From: a virus | Taxonomy: Duplodnaviria > Heunggongvirae > Uroviricota > Caudoviricetes | Direction: 5' to 3' (one strand) | Length of the DNA: 43,713 nucleotides | Virus record (IMG/VR): IMGVR_UViG_3300019755_000001 | Shown: piece by piece, positions 9,106-18,300 of the stretch | How the letters are laid out: every line of letters starts with the position of its first letter | How positions within the stretch are numbered: the first letter of the stretch is position 1 | Translations under genes and position numbers: made by a program | The notes under the pieces: model-generated | What the model was told of the DNA's origin: nothing | The model's database searches: none | The model's input: the letters and a program-made list of their open reading frames with translations, nothing else

Positions 9106-9452
9106 ATATCAAACAATTTAAACCCTTAATCGGGCAGTATATAGCAATTATCCCTGAAGGTAATGCTGTTGCTAAGGGAGTGCCTCTGGAGCAACAAATC
9201 AAGTCAGTCAAATTGCTGAAAGTAGGACGTAAAAATCTGCTTACTACTGAAGGGAGTTACGACATGACAGGAGATTTAAATAACCACAATTACGGTTATC
9301 AGCATTTTCTATCAATGGAAGACGCAGAAAATCACCTCCACAAGAATGTGTGGGAACGAGAGATCAGTGAACTATTTCGTTATGGTGAATCAAGTCTTAC
9401 TTACGAGCAAGTACGTAGTATTTACGGAATTGTTCATGAGGAGTCAACATGA
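9102..9452 (+). CDS. Hypothetical protein
   Basis: 116 aa, AAGGAG SD, ATGA coupling. Confidence 0.7.
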   Translation: MNIKQFKPLIGQYIAIIPEGNAVAKGVPLEQQIKSVKLLKVGRKNLLTTEGSYDMTGDLNNHNYGYQHFLSMEDAENHLHKNVWEREISELFRYGESSLTYEQVRSIYGIVHEEST

Positions 9453-9652
9453 AATTCGCACCACTGAACGTCTTTGACGTATTAGCATTCATTGCAGTAG
9501 CCTATTTTGGTTACTGTGCATCTACACTTACCCCATTTGGGGAGCTAACCGCCGAACAGGATTTATTTCAAGTCGTTCGGTTACTGTTTGTACAAACTTG
9601 GGCTTTTGTGTTCATCACAGGCTCAATCTTGTACTCACGTATCAAACGTTAA
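9449..9652 (+). CDS. Hypothetical 2-TM membrane protein
   Basis: Two hydrophobic stretches, GAGGAG SD. Confidence 0.65.
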   Translation: MKFAPLNVFDVLAFIAVAYFGYCASTLTPFGELTAEQDLFQVVRLLFVQTWAFVFITGSILYSRIKR

Positions 9653-9705
9653 TCTACCAGGCACTCACTGAGTGTCTTACTAAGTTAATCAACAAAGGAA
9701 CTAAT

Positions 9706-9921
9706 TTGAACAAACTACAAGCCGACTGGCTACTGAATAACCAACCATCTGTCACTATCGAACCAACTCCACCCAAGTCTATTGACGAAGTGGAGCAGTC
9801 GATCAAGGAACACAAACGACTATCTATTGAGCGTTCATTAACTACTTGGCCTGAAGCCACTAGGGAACGAGCTAAGTTCAAGGTGTCTGACGACTACACA
9901 ACTTTTAACTACGGAGACTAA
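9706..9921 (+). CDS. Hypothetical protein
   Basis: TTG start after AAAGGA SD inside track ORF 9598-9921. Confidence 0.55.
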   Translation: MNKLQADWLLNNQPSVTIEPTPPKSIDEVEQSIKEHKRLSIERSLTTWPEATRERAKFKVSDDYTTFNYGD

Positions 9922-9922
9922 C

Positions 9923-10147
9923 ATGAACCAATTTATCGAACAACTCGACCAAATGATCGAGGACAGCGCAGAATTTACTCAACAGCATGAGGATGAACTG
10001 CTTGAGCACATACTTGAACATTCTTGCTATACTAGCTTATCTGAGTTCGCTATGACTAACATCAGTTACGAGCAAGCACTGGAAATCGTGCAAACTGACG
10101 ACCAGTTCGACCAGGACGCACTTGACTGGGTGAATAACCGATCATGA
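9923..10147 (+). CDS. Hypothetical acidic protein
   Basis: GGAG SD, 74 aa. Confidence 0.65.
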   Translation: MNQFIEQLDQMIEDSAEFTQQHEDELLEHILEHSCYTSLSEFAMTNISYEQALEIVQTDDQFDQDALDWVNNRS

Positions 10148-10530
10148 CTCAGTTATCTAAGTTCATCGAACTGTTGAGTGTCTACGACGGCACTACTGCT
10201 TACTCTATTGGGGGTGGATATATCGAGGATTCACGTGTTGAGTCTGATGTGGTAACTCGCGTATCAATTTCTGACGAGGATGTGCCTGCTGGCAGTTTTG
10301 TCTCAGGGAGCCGTGACGACACTTTACTGGACTTCGTGCCACAATTGTCTGCCTACACCGACTTATCGCTCTCACAGCTCAAGTCTGGGCTGTCTAAATA
10401 CATTGCCACCAAATCTTCATTTGGTCGTAACCCTAAACAGTCTTTTGTTGTACTTTCTGTACTTAATTCTATCGTTCTCGATATGGAATCCGAACCAGCT
10501 ATTGTTGCTGCATTTGGATGGGAGGAGTAA
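10144..10530 (+). CDS. Hypothetical protein
   Basis: 128 aa, ATGA coupling. Confidence 0.65.
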   Translation: MTQLSKFIELLSVYDGTTAYSIGGGYIEDSRVESDVVTRVSISDEDVPAGSFVSGSRDDTLLDFVPQLSAYTDLSLSQLKSGLSKYIATKSSFGRNPKQSFVVLSVLNSIVLDMESEPAIVAAFGWEE

Positions 10531-10532
10531 TA

Positions 10533-10775
10533 ATGCCACTATCTGCTTTATCAATTATGGGTGTTGTCACATTTGCCAACTTTATTTTAATCTACATCAA
10601 GTTCAAATGTAAACGTATCGCTGATGCAACACTAGATTTGTGTATCTTTGGTGCTATTTGTATCATATTCTCATACGCTGGCCAAGCCGGCTTGTTTGTT
10701 GGTATGATTGCTTCATTTCTAGTATCTATTTTTCTGTGGTTCAGTCCACCAACCAAAGGAGGTGTCCGTGCGTGA
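10533..10775 (+). CDS. Hypothetical multi-pass membrane protein
   Basis: GGAGGAG SD; about three hydrophobic segments. Confidence 0.65.
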   Translation: MPLSALSIMGVVTFANFILIYIKFKCKRIADATLDLCIFGAICIIFSYAGQAGLFVGMIASFLVSIFLWFSPPTKGGVRA

Positions 10776-10920
10776 CTTAATTTTGTCAGCTCTTGCTGTC
10801 TTAGCTATTGTTGTCGGCTTTTATGCCTTCCAACTACTAGTCTTGTTCACTGTCGGTCTAGCCATTTATTGGTCAGCTCCATACATCCGCAAGATCAACA
10901 ATGCAATCAAGGGGAAGTGA
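10768..10920 (+). CDS. 50-aa membrane peptide
   Basis: GTG 10768 with AAGGAGG SD; MRDLILSALAVLAIVVGFYAFQLLVLFTVGLAIYWSAPYIRKINNAIKGK. Confidence 0.55.
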   Translation: MRDLILSALAVLAIVVGFYAFQLLVLFTVGLAIYWSAPYIRKINNAIKGK

Positions 10921-10988
10921 TGGAGTTTGTTCTATTATTTATCTTTGCTTGTATCATATTCGAACACCTCACCGGCCAGGCTACTTAG
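10920..10988 (+). CDS. 22-aa hydrophobic peptide
   Basis: ATG overlapping the previous TGA, AAGGGG SD; MEFVLLFIFACIIFEHLTGQAT. Confidence 0.35.
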   Translation: MEFVLLFIFACIIFEHLTGQAT

Positions 10989-13900
10989 CCACAGCTGGTG
11001 TTGTTATCATCTTCAGTATGTTGATTGGGTCTCCCCAACCACCTACTTTCCGTAGTATTGCATCTATTGGCGAGTAGTACTGATCCCATGGCGTTTCTGC
11101 GTCTATCCCGCTCACTCCTTGAGCACCTTCTGTTATGAACACTGTTCCTGCTTTTTTACCTAGCATCTTCATCATTGCTGGAAATACTCTGAAGAAGTAC
11201 TTTGTGAAGCTGAATATCAGCGTATCATTCGCATACTTTATCCCTCTATTATCCAAATAACCATAATTTACTGTTAACCCATCCACATAATTCAATACAT
11301 TTTGCTCTACTTGCTTAGCAGTAGCGTCTTTACCGCCCAACTTACCAGCAAACGTTTCATGCTGTTTATCTTTATCAGCACTATTGTAATCTGCCATCAA
11401 GTCTTGGTATATTATCATCTTTGTTATCACATCGGCATATGTCGTTAACTTCATTGTCGAATCATACAGTGGCGAGTCTTTTCGCACGTACAACGTATCT
11501 ATTACTTCTTTTATCCCAACTTTATCATTCTTTCTTTTCAGCTTGTCCAGTACAGCATCCAATTTACCCTCAATTATCCCTTTTTCATTCATCCATTCTG
11601 TGTTCAAATCTTCCAATATCGCAGTGTACTGCCCATCCTTCATCAACGGTTCAACTGGACTGTTTTTCATTCTGTTTTCTATGTTTTTCAACTCTTTTTC
11701 GTCTATTGTTTCACCAGCTTCTCTTCTGATTGCCAGCTTACTTGCCATTCTTCTATCGTCTTGGTATTTATTCATCTCCGACCACATGTCTGTGAATCTA
11801 CCCAAGTACTTCAGTGGGTCTTTACTCTTTGTGTGTTGCAGGGCAATTACCATATTCGACCCATTATTACCAATTATTGTCCCAGCTGTTTTTGCTACTA
11901 CTGCTTGTTTCCAGCCTTGTGTCAACTCCTGTACAATCTTCTCAGCCTTTCTCACCACCAACTGTCGTCTTTTACTGTTCTTTATCATCGGCAAGTTCAT
12001 TGCGCTCATGTCTTTGTATCCAAAGAAGTCTACTAACATACTTTCTTCTACCATCAATCTGCCACCCATTGTTTTATCAATCTGTGCTTTTAAGTAGTAC
12101 GGTATACTATCCCAGTATTCTTTTTCTTTGCCCTCTGAGTTTTCGCTTATCTCTACGAACTTATAATCTCTACTGCTCTCGTACTTTGTGTGGAACCGTT
12201 TGAAGTACGCTATTGCTTCCTTGTTACTTATCATTGCCTCTTGCTTGTGAGTCAAATCCGACACTGTACCACCAACTGTTGGTAATATGTCATCTTCTAT
12301 CTCCAAATACTTACTCTTAACCTCATGTGGTATTCTTACTCTGTAGTCATATATTTCATTCTTACCTGATCTTTCTGGTATTAACGCATTCTTTACTTTA
12401 GCTGTTTCTTTACTCATGTTATCTATTACTATCTCTGCTTCTACGTCTGTTAACTCGTTTACTTCCATTAGAATTCTTCTTAAGCTGTCACCTTCATTCT
12501 TCAGCTGTACCTTGCTCATTAGTCCTTCCGTATACCCAACTTCCATTGATTCGCCTACTACCAAGTACATATCTTTACCAACTGCTTCACTCAGTGCTTC
12601 CTGCTTACCCAAGTTACTCATTTTAGCTCTTTCCAAGCCCTTTAACTCTTTTTCTTCTACTATGTAGTATCTTTTGTTACCAATATACTCTTCTTGCTTT
12701 GCGCCTTTTATTTGGTACATAGAATCTCCACTATATGCATCTTCTAGTACTTTTGCTTCATTTGTTCTCATCAACTCCATTGCGTGGTCAAATCCTTTTG
12801 CCACATCCACTATTTTACCCTCTGGCGTTACCGACTCTTTTGTCAGTGCTTGTATTACCAAATCTTTATTTTCTTTTGCACTGTATCTTAATGCTATCAG
12901 CGACGCCATCTTGTCAATCTCTGCCACTGTCTTTTGGTTTTGTGTCTTTAGTAGTGCGTAACTGATCTGTGATGCATTCACATATCCATTTGCTGTGTCT
13001 GTGCTGTTATCTACTAGTAGTTTACCCAATTGTTCTGTTGCGTCCACTACCTGTTTACTATAGTTGTGTTTAAATATATTCAACTCAGCTGTTATTCTTC
13101 TCTCGTCTTGTAAGTACTTCAGTATTTGCTTACTACCGCCCAGCACTTTCGCATCTGTGTCTATCAGCACTCTCTTTGCTGCTCGTCTCTCACCTTTCGA
13201 TAGTCTACCCAATTCGTAATCTTTGTCCAGTACCTCAATCGTGAAGTGCTTTACTGGTGCTACTGCGTTCTCTACAAATGCTTTTGCGTGTCGGAACATT
13301 TGGTAGAACTTTGCCACATCTTTATTCGACATATCTCTTGTCACACTTGCGAATATGTTATTTTTCAATATGTAACTTTTTGCTTTTGCTATACCTCTTA
13401 TTTCCCATACCTTATCAATCGCTTTCTTCAGTCCACTTTTGTTCTCAGTTTGTCTGATGTAATCAGCGTACGACCTTTGTGCTTTCTTCTCTAGTGTTGT
13501 TAACTCCGCTACTTTACTATCAATCTTGTCTAATCTCTGTAGTAACCTCTCCGAGATAGTCATTTCTTCTTGTTTTCTGTTACTATGACCCAACTCCATT
13601 GCTTTATTTAACATGTCTATTGTTATTTCTCTGGCGTCCTTACCTTTGAACTTAGTGTTTCTGTACACTTGATTGATTATCTTAGCTATGTTGTTCCACA
13701 GCTTCTTCCATCTGCTTTTTGTACCTGGTTCTATCTTCATTGTACCCATTATTTGGTACTCTTCGAACTGATTTACTGTACCAAGTGCTTCTGCTAATTT
13801 CTCATTTGTTGTTGCTGCTGCCAGGAACTCACTTGCTTGGTCTGATGCTATCGGGTTTCTAAACACATATTCCCATCTCTCTTTAGCGAACGCCTTATCT

Positions 13901-14700
13901 TCTGCTGTCACATCACCATCTGGCAAGAATACTTCCCAGCTGATCTCTTTTGCTATTGCGTCTCTCATTCTCAGTATCTGTGATGTCAGTACTTTATCTC
14001 TTACCAGTACATTGTGTATTAGTATATGTTGTAATTCATGTGCTAGTATGTCTGAGTTGCTGTTGAATCTTGTGTTACCTTGTATTAACTTCAATTTACC
14101 ACTATCTACTGTAGCCTCACCTTTTGCGCCTTTATTGTCCAGGTCCTTGAACAGCTCTACGTCAATCTTCACGTCTTTACCAGCTTTCATCAGTACGTCT
14201 TTGTACATATTCATCACTCGCTTCAACTGCTCACTTACTGGCTTACCATCTGCTTCTGCAGCTACTGTTGCTAGTATGTCGATGTCATTTACTATCGTAC
14301 CACCCAATTGTCCCATGAACTCAGTATTTCTTTTACCCTTTTCACTACCCAGTGTGGCCATTGTTATTCCATCTGTCAGCATTCCTGTGTCTAGTTTCAG
14401 ATCATGTTCACCGTTTATTCTTACTTTGTTGTTCGACAACATCTCTGTAGTCTCAACCTTCACGTCAGCTTCTGTGTTAGTTTCCATGTCCTGTAGTGTC
14501 AGTGTCTTACCAACTAGCTCAGAGCCTCTATCGATGTACGGACTGACCCTTTTATCTGGGTCTGCATACATACCTTGCCGAGTAGCTCTGTTCACTCCTG
14601 CCTCAATCCGTCTTTTGTACTCAACTGCTTGTTTAGCAGTTTCTATTACTTCTCTAGCTTCATTTTCTTCGTTTATTAGTGTGTCTAGTTTACATCCCAT
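10981..14700 (-). CDS. Large virion/ejection protein equivalent to the C-terminal part of N4 vRNAP, with zincin-like HExxH domain
   Basis: LAHELQH (H221-H225) plus downstream SEFLA (E291); last gene of the late operon after the RNAP core; single Cys at position 3. Confidence 0.7.
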   Translation of the reverse strand: MGCKLDTLINEENEAREVIETAKQAVEYKRRIEAGVNRATRQGMYADPDKRVSPYIDRGSELVGKTLTLQDMETNTEADVKVETTEMLSNNKVRINGEHDLKLDTGMLTDGITMATLGSEKGKRNTEFMGQLGGTIVNDIDILATVAAEADGKPVSEQLKRVMNMYKDVLMKAGKDVKIDVELFKDLDNKGAKGEATVDSGKLKLIQGNTRFNSNSDILAHELQHILIHNVLVRDKVLTSQILRMRDAIAKEISWEVFLPDGDVTAEDKAFAKERWEYVFRNPIASDQASEFLAAATTNEKLAEALGTVNQFEEYQIMGTMKIEPGTKSRWKKLWNNIAKIINQVYRNTKFKGKDAREITIDMLNKAMELGHSNRKQEEMTISERLLQRLDKIDSKVAELTTLEKKAQRSYADYIRQTENKSGLKKAIDKVWEIRGIAKAKSYILKNNIFASVTRDMSNKDVAKFYQMFRHAKAFVENAVAPVKHFTIEVLDKDYELGRLSKGERRAAKRVLIDTDAKVLGGSKQILKYLQDERRITAELNIFKHNYSKQVVDATEQLGKLLVDNSTDTANGYVNASQISYALLKTQNQKTVAEIDKMASLIALRYSAKENKDLVIQALTKESVTPEGKIVDVAKGFDHAMELMRTNEAKVLEDAYSGDSMYQIKGAKQEEYIGNKRYYIVEEKELKGLERAKMSNLGKQEALSEAVGKDMYLVVGESMEVGYTEGLMSKVQLKNEGDSLRRILMEVNELTDVEAEIVIDNMSKETAKVKNALIPERSGKNEIYDYRVRIPHEVKSKYLEIEDDILPTVGGTVSDLTHKQEAMISNKEAIAYFKRFHTKYESSRDYKFVEISENSEGKEKEYWDSIPYYLKAQIDKTMGGRLMVEESMLVDFFGYKDMSAMNLPMIKNSKRRQLVVRKAEKIVQELTQGWKQAVVAKTAGTIIGNNGSNMVIALQHTKSKDPLKYLGRFTDMWSEMNKYQDDRRMASKLAIRREAGETIDEKELKNIENRMKNSPVEPLMKDGQYTAILEDLNTEWMNEKGIIEGKLDAVLDKLKRKNDKVGIKEVIDTLYVRKDSPLYDSTMKLTTYADVITKMIIYQDLMADYNSADKDKQHETFAGKLGGKDATAKQVEQNVLNYVDGLTVNYGYLDNRGIKYANDTLIFSFTKYFFRVFPAMMKMLGKKAGTVFITEGAQGVSGIDAETPWDQYYSPIDAILRKVGGWGDPINILKMITTPAVAK

Positions 14701-15340
14701 TCATACATTCCTTCAGTTCTTCGTGTCGATTATTCTTTTTATCTGTATCAGTTATGTTACCATCTTTTTGCTTAGTTTCTGCAACCGTTTTTACCTCTAC
14801 TTCACCATCGTCTAGCAGCATTTTGTGTCTCATTAGTGTATCTTCGAGCATCTTTGTTGTATCTTTACCCAACTTACTACCATCTGGATCTGCTGCATCA
14901 CCAATCACTATGTAACCTTTTGCCTTCATCAGTTCTTCCTTGAACTTAGGGTCATTTGCTACTACTTTAGTAACCAACTCTGCCATTAACTGCTTCTGCT
15001 CTAATACTGGTCTTGTTACTTTCTTTCCATTTACCTTCTTCGACTTCTGGAAATTGAACGCCTCAACCATGCTCTTATACCCTACCGTCTTGTTTGTTTT
15101 TGGGTATCTACTGTTCCACACATTCTGTAGGAACTGTACTTCGTTACTTAGTGTGTTGTTTGGGTGCATTACGTTAGTGCCATCAACTATTGTCACCTCT
15201 CCATCTGCTTTCAATTTAGTTATTTTCAGCCCTTGTAGTGCTTCATTCAGCTCTACTTGTCTGCCTGCTGTCTGATTGGCACCTACCTTAGCGTATCGCT
15301 CTGTAAGTGCTATCATTTCGTCTATTATACATTTGCTCAT
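14690..15340 (-). CDS. Middle fragment of split vRNAP locus, NADAR(YbiA)-like domain
   Basis: LSN...YKSMVEAFNFQK...LMAELVTKVVANDPKFKEELMK...D..D...LEDTLMRHK follows the NADAR consensus order; coupled by overlaps to both neighbours. Confidence 0.5.
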   Translation of the reverse strand: MSKCIIDEMIALTERYAKVGANQTAGRQVELNEALQGLKITKLKADGEVTIVDGTNVMHPNNTLSNEVQFLQNVWNSRYPKTNKTVGYKSMVEAFNFQKSKKVNGKKVTRPVLEQKQLMAELVTKVVANDPKFKEELMKAKGYIVIGDAADPDGSKLGKDTTKMLEDTLMRHKMLLDDGEVEVKTVAETKQKDGNITDTDKKNNRHEELKECMNGM

Positions 15341-18300
15341 TAGCAGTTCTCCTCTAGTCTTTGTGTCTGCATTTGGTCGAACTTAGTTTGCAGTACTTTT
15401 CTTAGTTTCTTATCTTCGATATTACCAAGTGTTTCATTTATTGATTGTAGTATACCATTTCTTCTATTTGAGTTACTTTGTTTCTTAGCTTTACTTCGCA
15501 AGTTTTGTGCGAATTGTCCAAGTACGTCGCCAAGCTCAGTTATTTGCTCATCTTTTGTATTTTCGTCGAACACAGCATTTACTGTCTCGTCACCCTTTGC
15601 TTCGTATGCTGGTGCAATGTCTGTAGCGTAGTATTGGTTCGATTTTACTTTCTTACCTCTCATTGCTACTCTGTTATCATGTATTTTATCAATCTCTGTT
15701 AACGGATCACCACTATTCAGTGCCTCAGCCACTTGGTTCACACTTTTCATGTCTGGATATACTCTCTTCATTGCACTCTCTGTCTCGTCGAAGTCAATCA
15801 ACTCTAGTGCTTGTTTGATGTTCAGTTTACCGTCTTTCTTTAGCTTCAGTAACTTCTGTACTGCATTACCAAGTATGCTGTGTCTCATGTTGATGTCCAG
15901 GAACGCTTTGTTCATTGCTTGTGCTTGTAGTATTCCTTTTTCACCATTTACTCCTAGCATCAATGCATCGTACACGTTCAGCACATCTTCTGTATTACCT
16001 TCAATCATTACTGTACCATCCACGTCATGGATTTGCACAACTCCAACGGCTCCAACGTTTGTTACTACATCTTTTACCTGGTTGCTTAGTGTTACTGCTG
16101 TACTTCCACTACCACTCTGGAACCCAGCATTTCTCACCTGTACTGACAGCTTACTTGTGTTTGCATCTGTTTTCTCCAGTTTTACTAATTCTTGTTGTCC
16201 ACCACTAGCATTGTTCGAGCTGTAGTATGTCCCTTCTTTCTGCATCTCAGCGTACACTTTGTCTAGTTGCTTTTGTGTTAACTGCGATATTCTCGTAGCA
16301 CCCAATTTAGCTAGTTTCTTATTCAGCTCTGTTCGGAACACCATGTAGTTCAGTTGCTCAATCAGCTTTACCGACTCTCTGAACTTCACTACTTCACCGA
16401 ACTCTGTTGTGAACGCATTTGCTAGTTGTTCACCAACTTGTTCATCTATTGCGTTGGTTAGTGTATTTACTGTCTCATCTTCCATATACCGTACTGTTGT
16501 GTCACCTTTAGCAACTCTGTCTGCTAGTTGTTTTTGTAACTTCGCTATTGGTTTTTTACTTGCTTCAGCTTCAGCCTTATCATCTGCCGCTTTTGCTAGT
16601 TTCTTAGTGTCTTTGTTGTACTTCAGCATCTTGTTTGCACTAGCAATCGTTTCATCGTACTTTGCTATCTCTTTTGCCAATTGTACTTCACTTTGTACTT
16701 TACCATTTTCTGGGTTGTATATCTTGTTCTCGTACTTAATCTCCAACTCAGCAGCTGTCTTACCTGTTAGTTTTTGCAGTGCATCTGTTGCACCTTTACT
16801 CATTCCTCCAGGGATGTAGCTATTACCAACTATCAGTGATCTTGCAGCAGCCTGACGGATGTTTGCCATTCCAGCACCGTATATGAATACCATTACTGGT
16901 CCCTTCATGAAGTTTCTCCACTTACCTCCTAGTACTTCTTCCATTGCTGCTAGTATCTCTGCTCCACCTTCTTGCTTCAGTATTCCCTCAACTACCATTG
17001 TTTCTGGTGTTTGGTATATATCTTTACCGCCTTGCTCTTTGTATTGTCCATGATTGTCGTACCGGTCGTAGTAATCATCAACGTACATCCCAGTTTTCGA
17101 TAAGTGCAGTTTTGTTGCTTCTGTGTACCCAATTTGCATTAGTGTCGCACTCATTCCGTTAGTAATCCCATCTATCTCTAGTGCCAAGTTAGTTGTTGCT
17201 ATACCGTGCTTTTCCAAGTCATTCAGCATTTGTACCAACTGTAGTGTGTGTAACTTCTCATCTATGCTATGTACTCCACCCCATTTGTTAACTGCTTCTA
17301 GCGTACCTTCTTTTACCATTTCTTCGAACTCTTTACTGCTGTATGTTACTTTTGCATTATCGTCGATAGTGAAGTATTTCTCACTCATCTTAGCTATTGA
17401 TGTAGCATCTTCCAACTTATCGATGTCCATGTCCAGTGCTTGTGCTGCACCAGCTCTTACGAACGCCATTGTCTCCTTGTCTACTTTACCAGTTTCTATT
17501 GTTGTTGTCATGTCTCCTGCACCTACCAGGAATCTACTGATCTTACTGTTTTGTGGGTTCATCATCATTGAGTCCATCATTGTTCTACCACTTTTTGTGT
17601 AGTCGTACGGGATGTAGAACTCACCAGCTCCTACCATCTCATACACTTCAATCATTCTCTCTATCTGCAACTCATCTGCTGTGTACTTAGCGTGCACCGA
17701 CTCAGCGTTCATTGTTGCTGTACTTGCCAGTATTGTGTCCAAGTCCCCCAGTATGTCCATTTTAAGCTTATCTACGTCAATTGTATCATCAGCTTTAGCA
17801 TATTGTCCCAGTACTTTGTGTGCCTGTTCACTGAACGTCCACGGTGTAGTACCCAATCTCTCTTGGTACTCAACTGCTGGATCACTCATCTCTGTGCTTG
17901 TCTTTCTTGCTTTCTTACCTTTCTTTGTGTGTATTGGTTCTGTGTCTATTGTTGGTGTTGTACTGCTTTGTGCGAACTCTAGTGTTGACCCAACTCTAGC
18001 GTATTCTGCCGGCACATCTTCCATCATCAGTACGCTGATTACTCCACCAGGTCTCTTGTCTTCACTTGGCTTCTCGAAGTCTATCATCCCGTGTTGCACG
18101 AACGCATTTTGTCTGTATACACCGTTCTTATGTGACGAGTGTGTTCTTAGCATGTTACTTAATACCATTGCTCCTAGTGAGTGCTCAATCGCGTTCTTAT
18201 CCTCAATTATTAGTGAATCGTCTAGCTTTATTCCCATCTCAGTCAGTAGTGTCTTACCTGCTGATTCATACAGGCTTGCTGCTGGTACTAACTCTCCTCG

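Larger units (their letters stand above)
8905..9452 (+). repeat. Three identical 13-mers GGAGTCAACATGA at consecutive gene junctions
   Basis: Copies at 8905-8917, 9093-9105, 9440-9452; variant GGAGACTAACATGA at 9913-9926. Confidence 0.8.

Noticed and set aside
8905-9452. CRISPR-like array from the 13-mer repeats
   Set aside because: Repeats are too short, spacing is irregular (188 and 347 nt) and the spacers are whole genes.
10975-10995. Assembly chimera between the two compositionally different arms
   Set aside because: Convergent metabolic and late arms are the normal N4-like layout and ORFs on both sides end cleanly; not excluded without reads, but there is no positive evidence.
15340-15342. 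Frameshift or assembly error splitting vRNAP
   Set aside because: Each downstream ORF has its own SD and a typical TAATG or short overlap, and the junction-Cys pattern argues for a genuine split; reads should still be checked.
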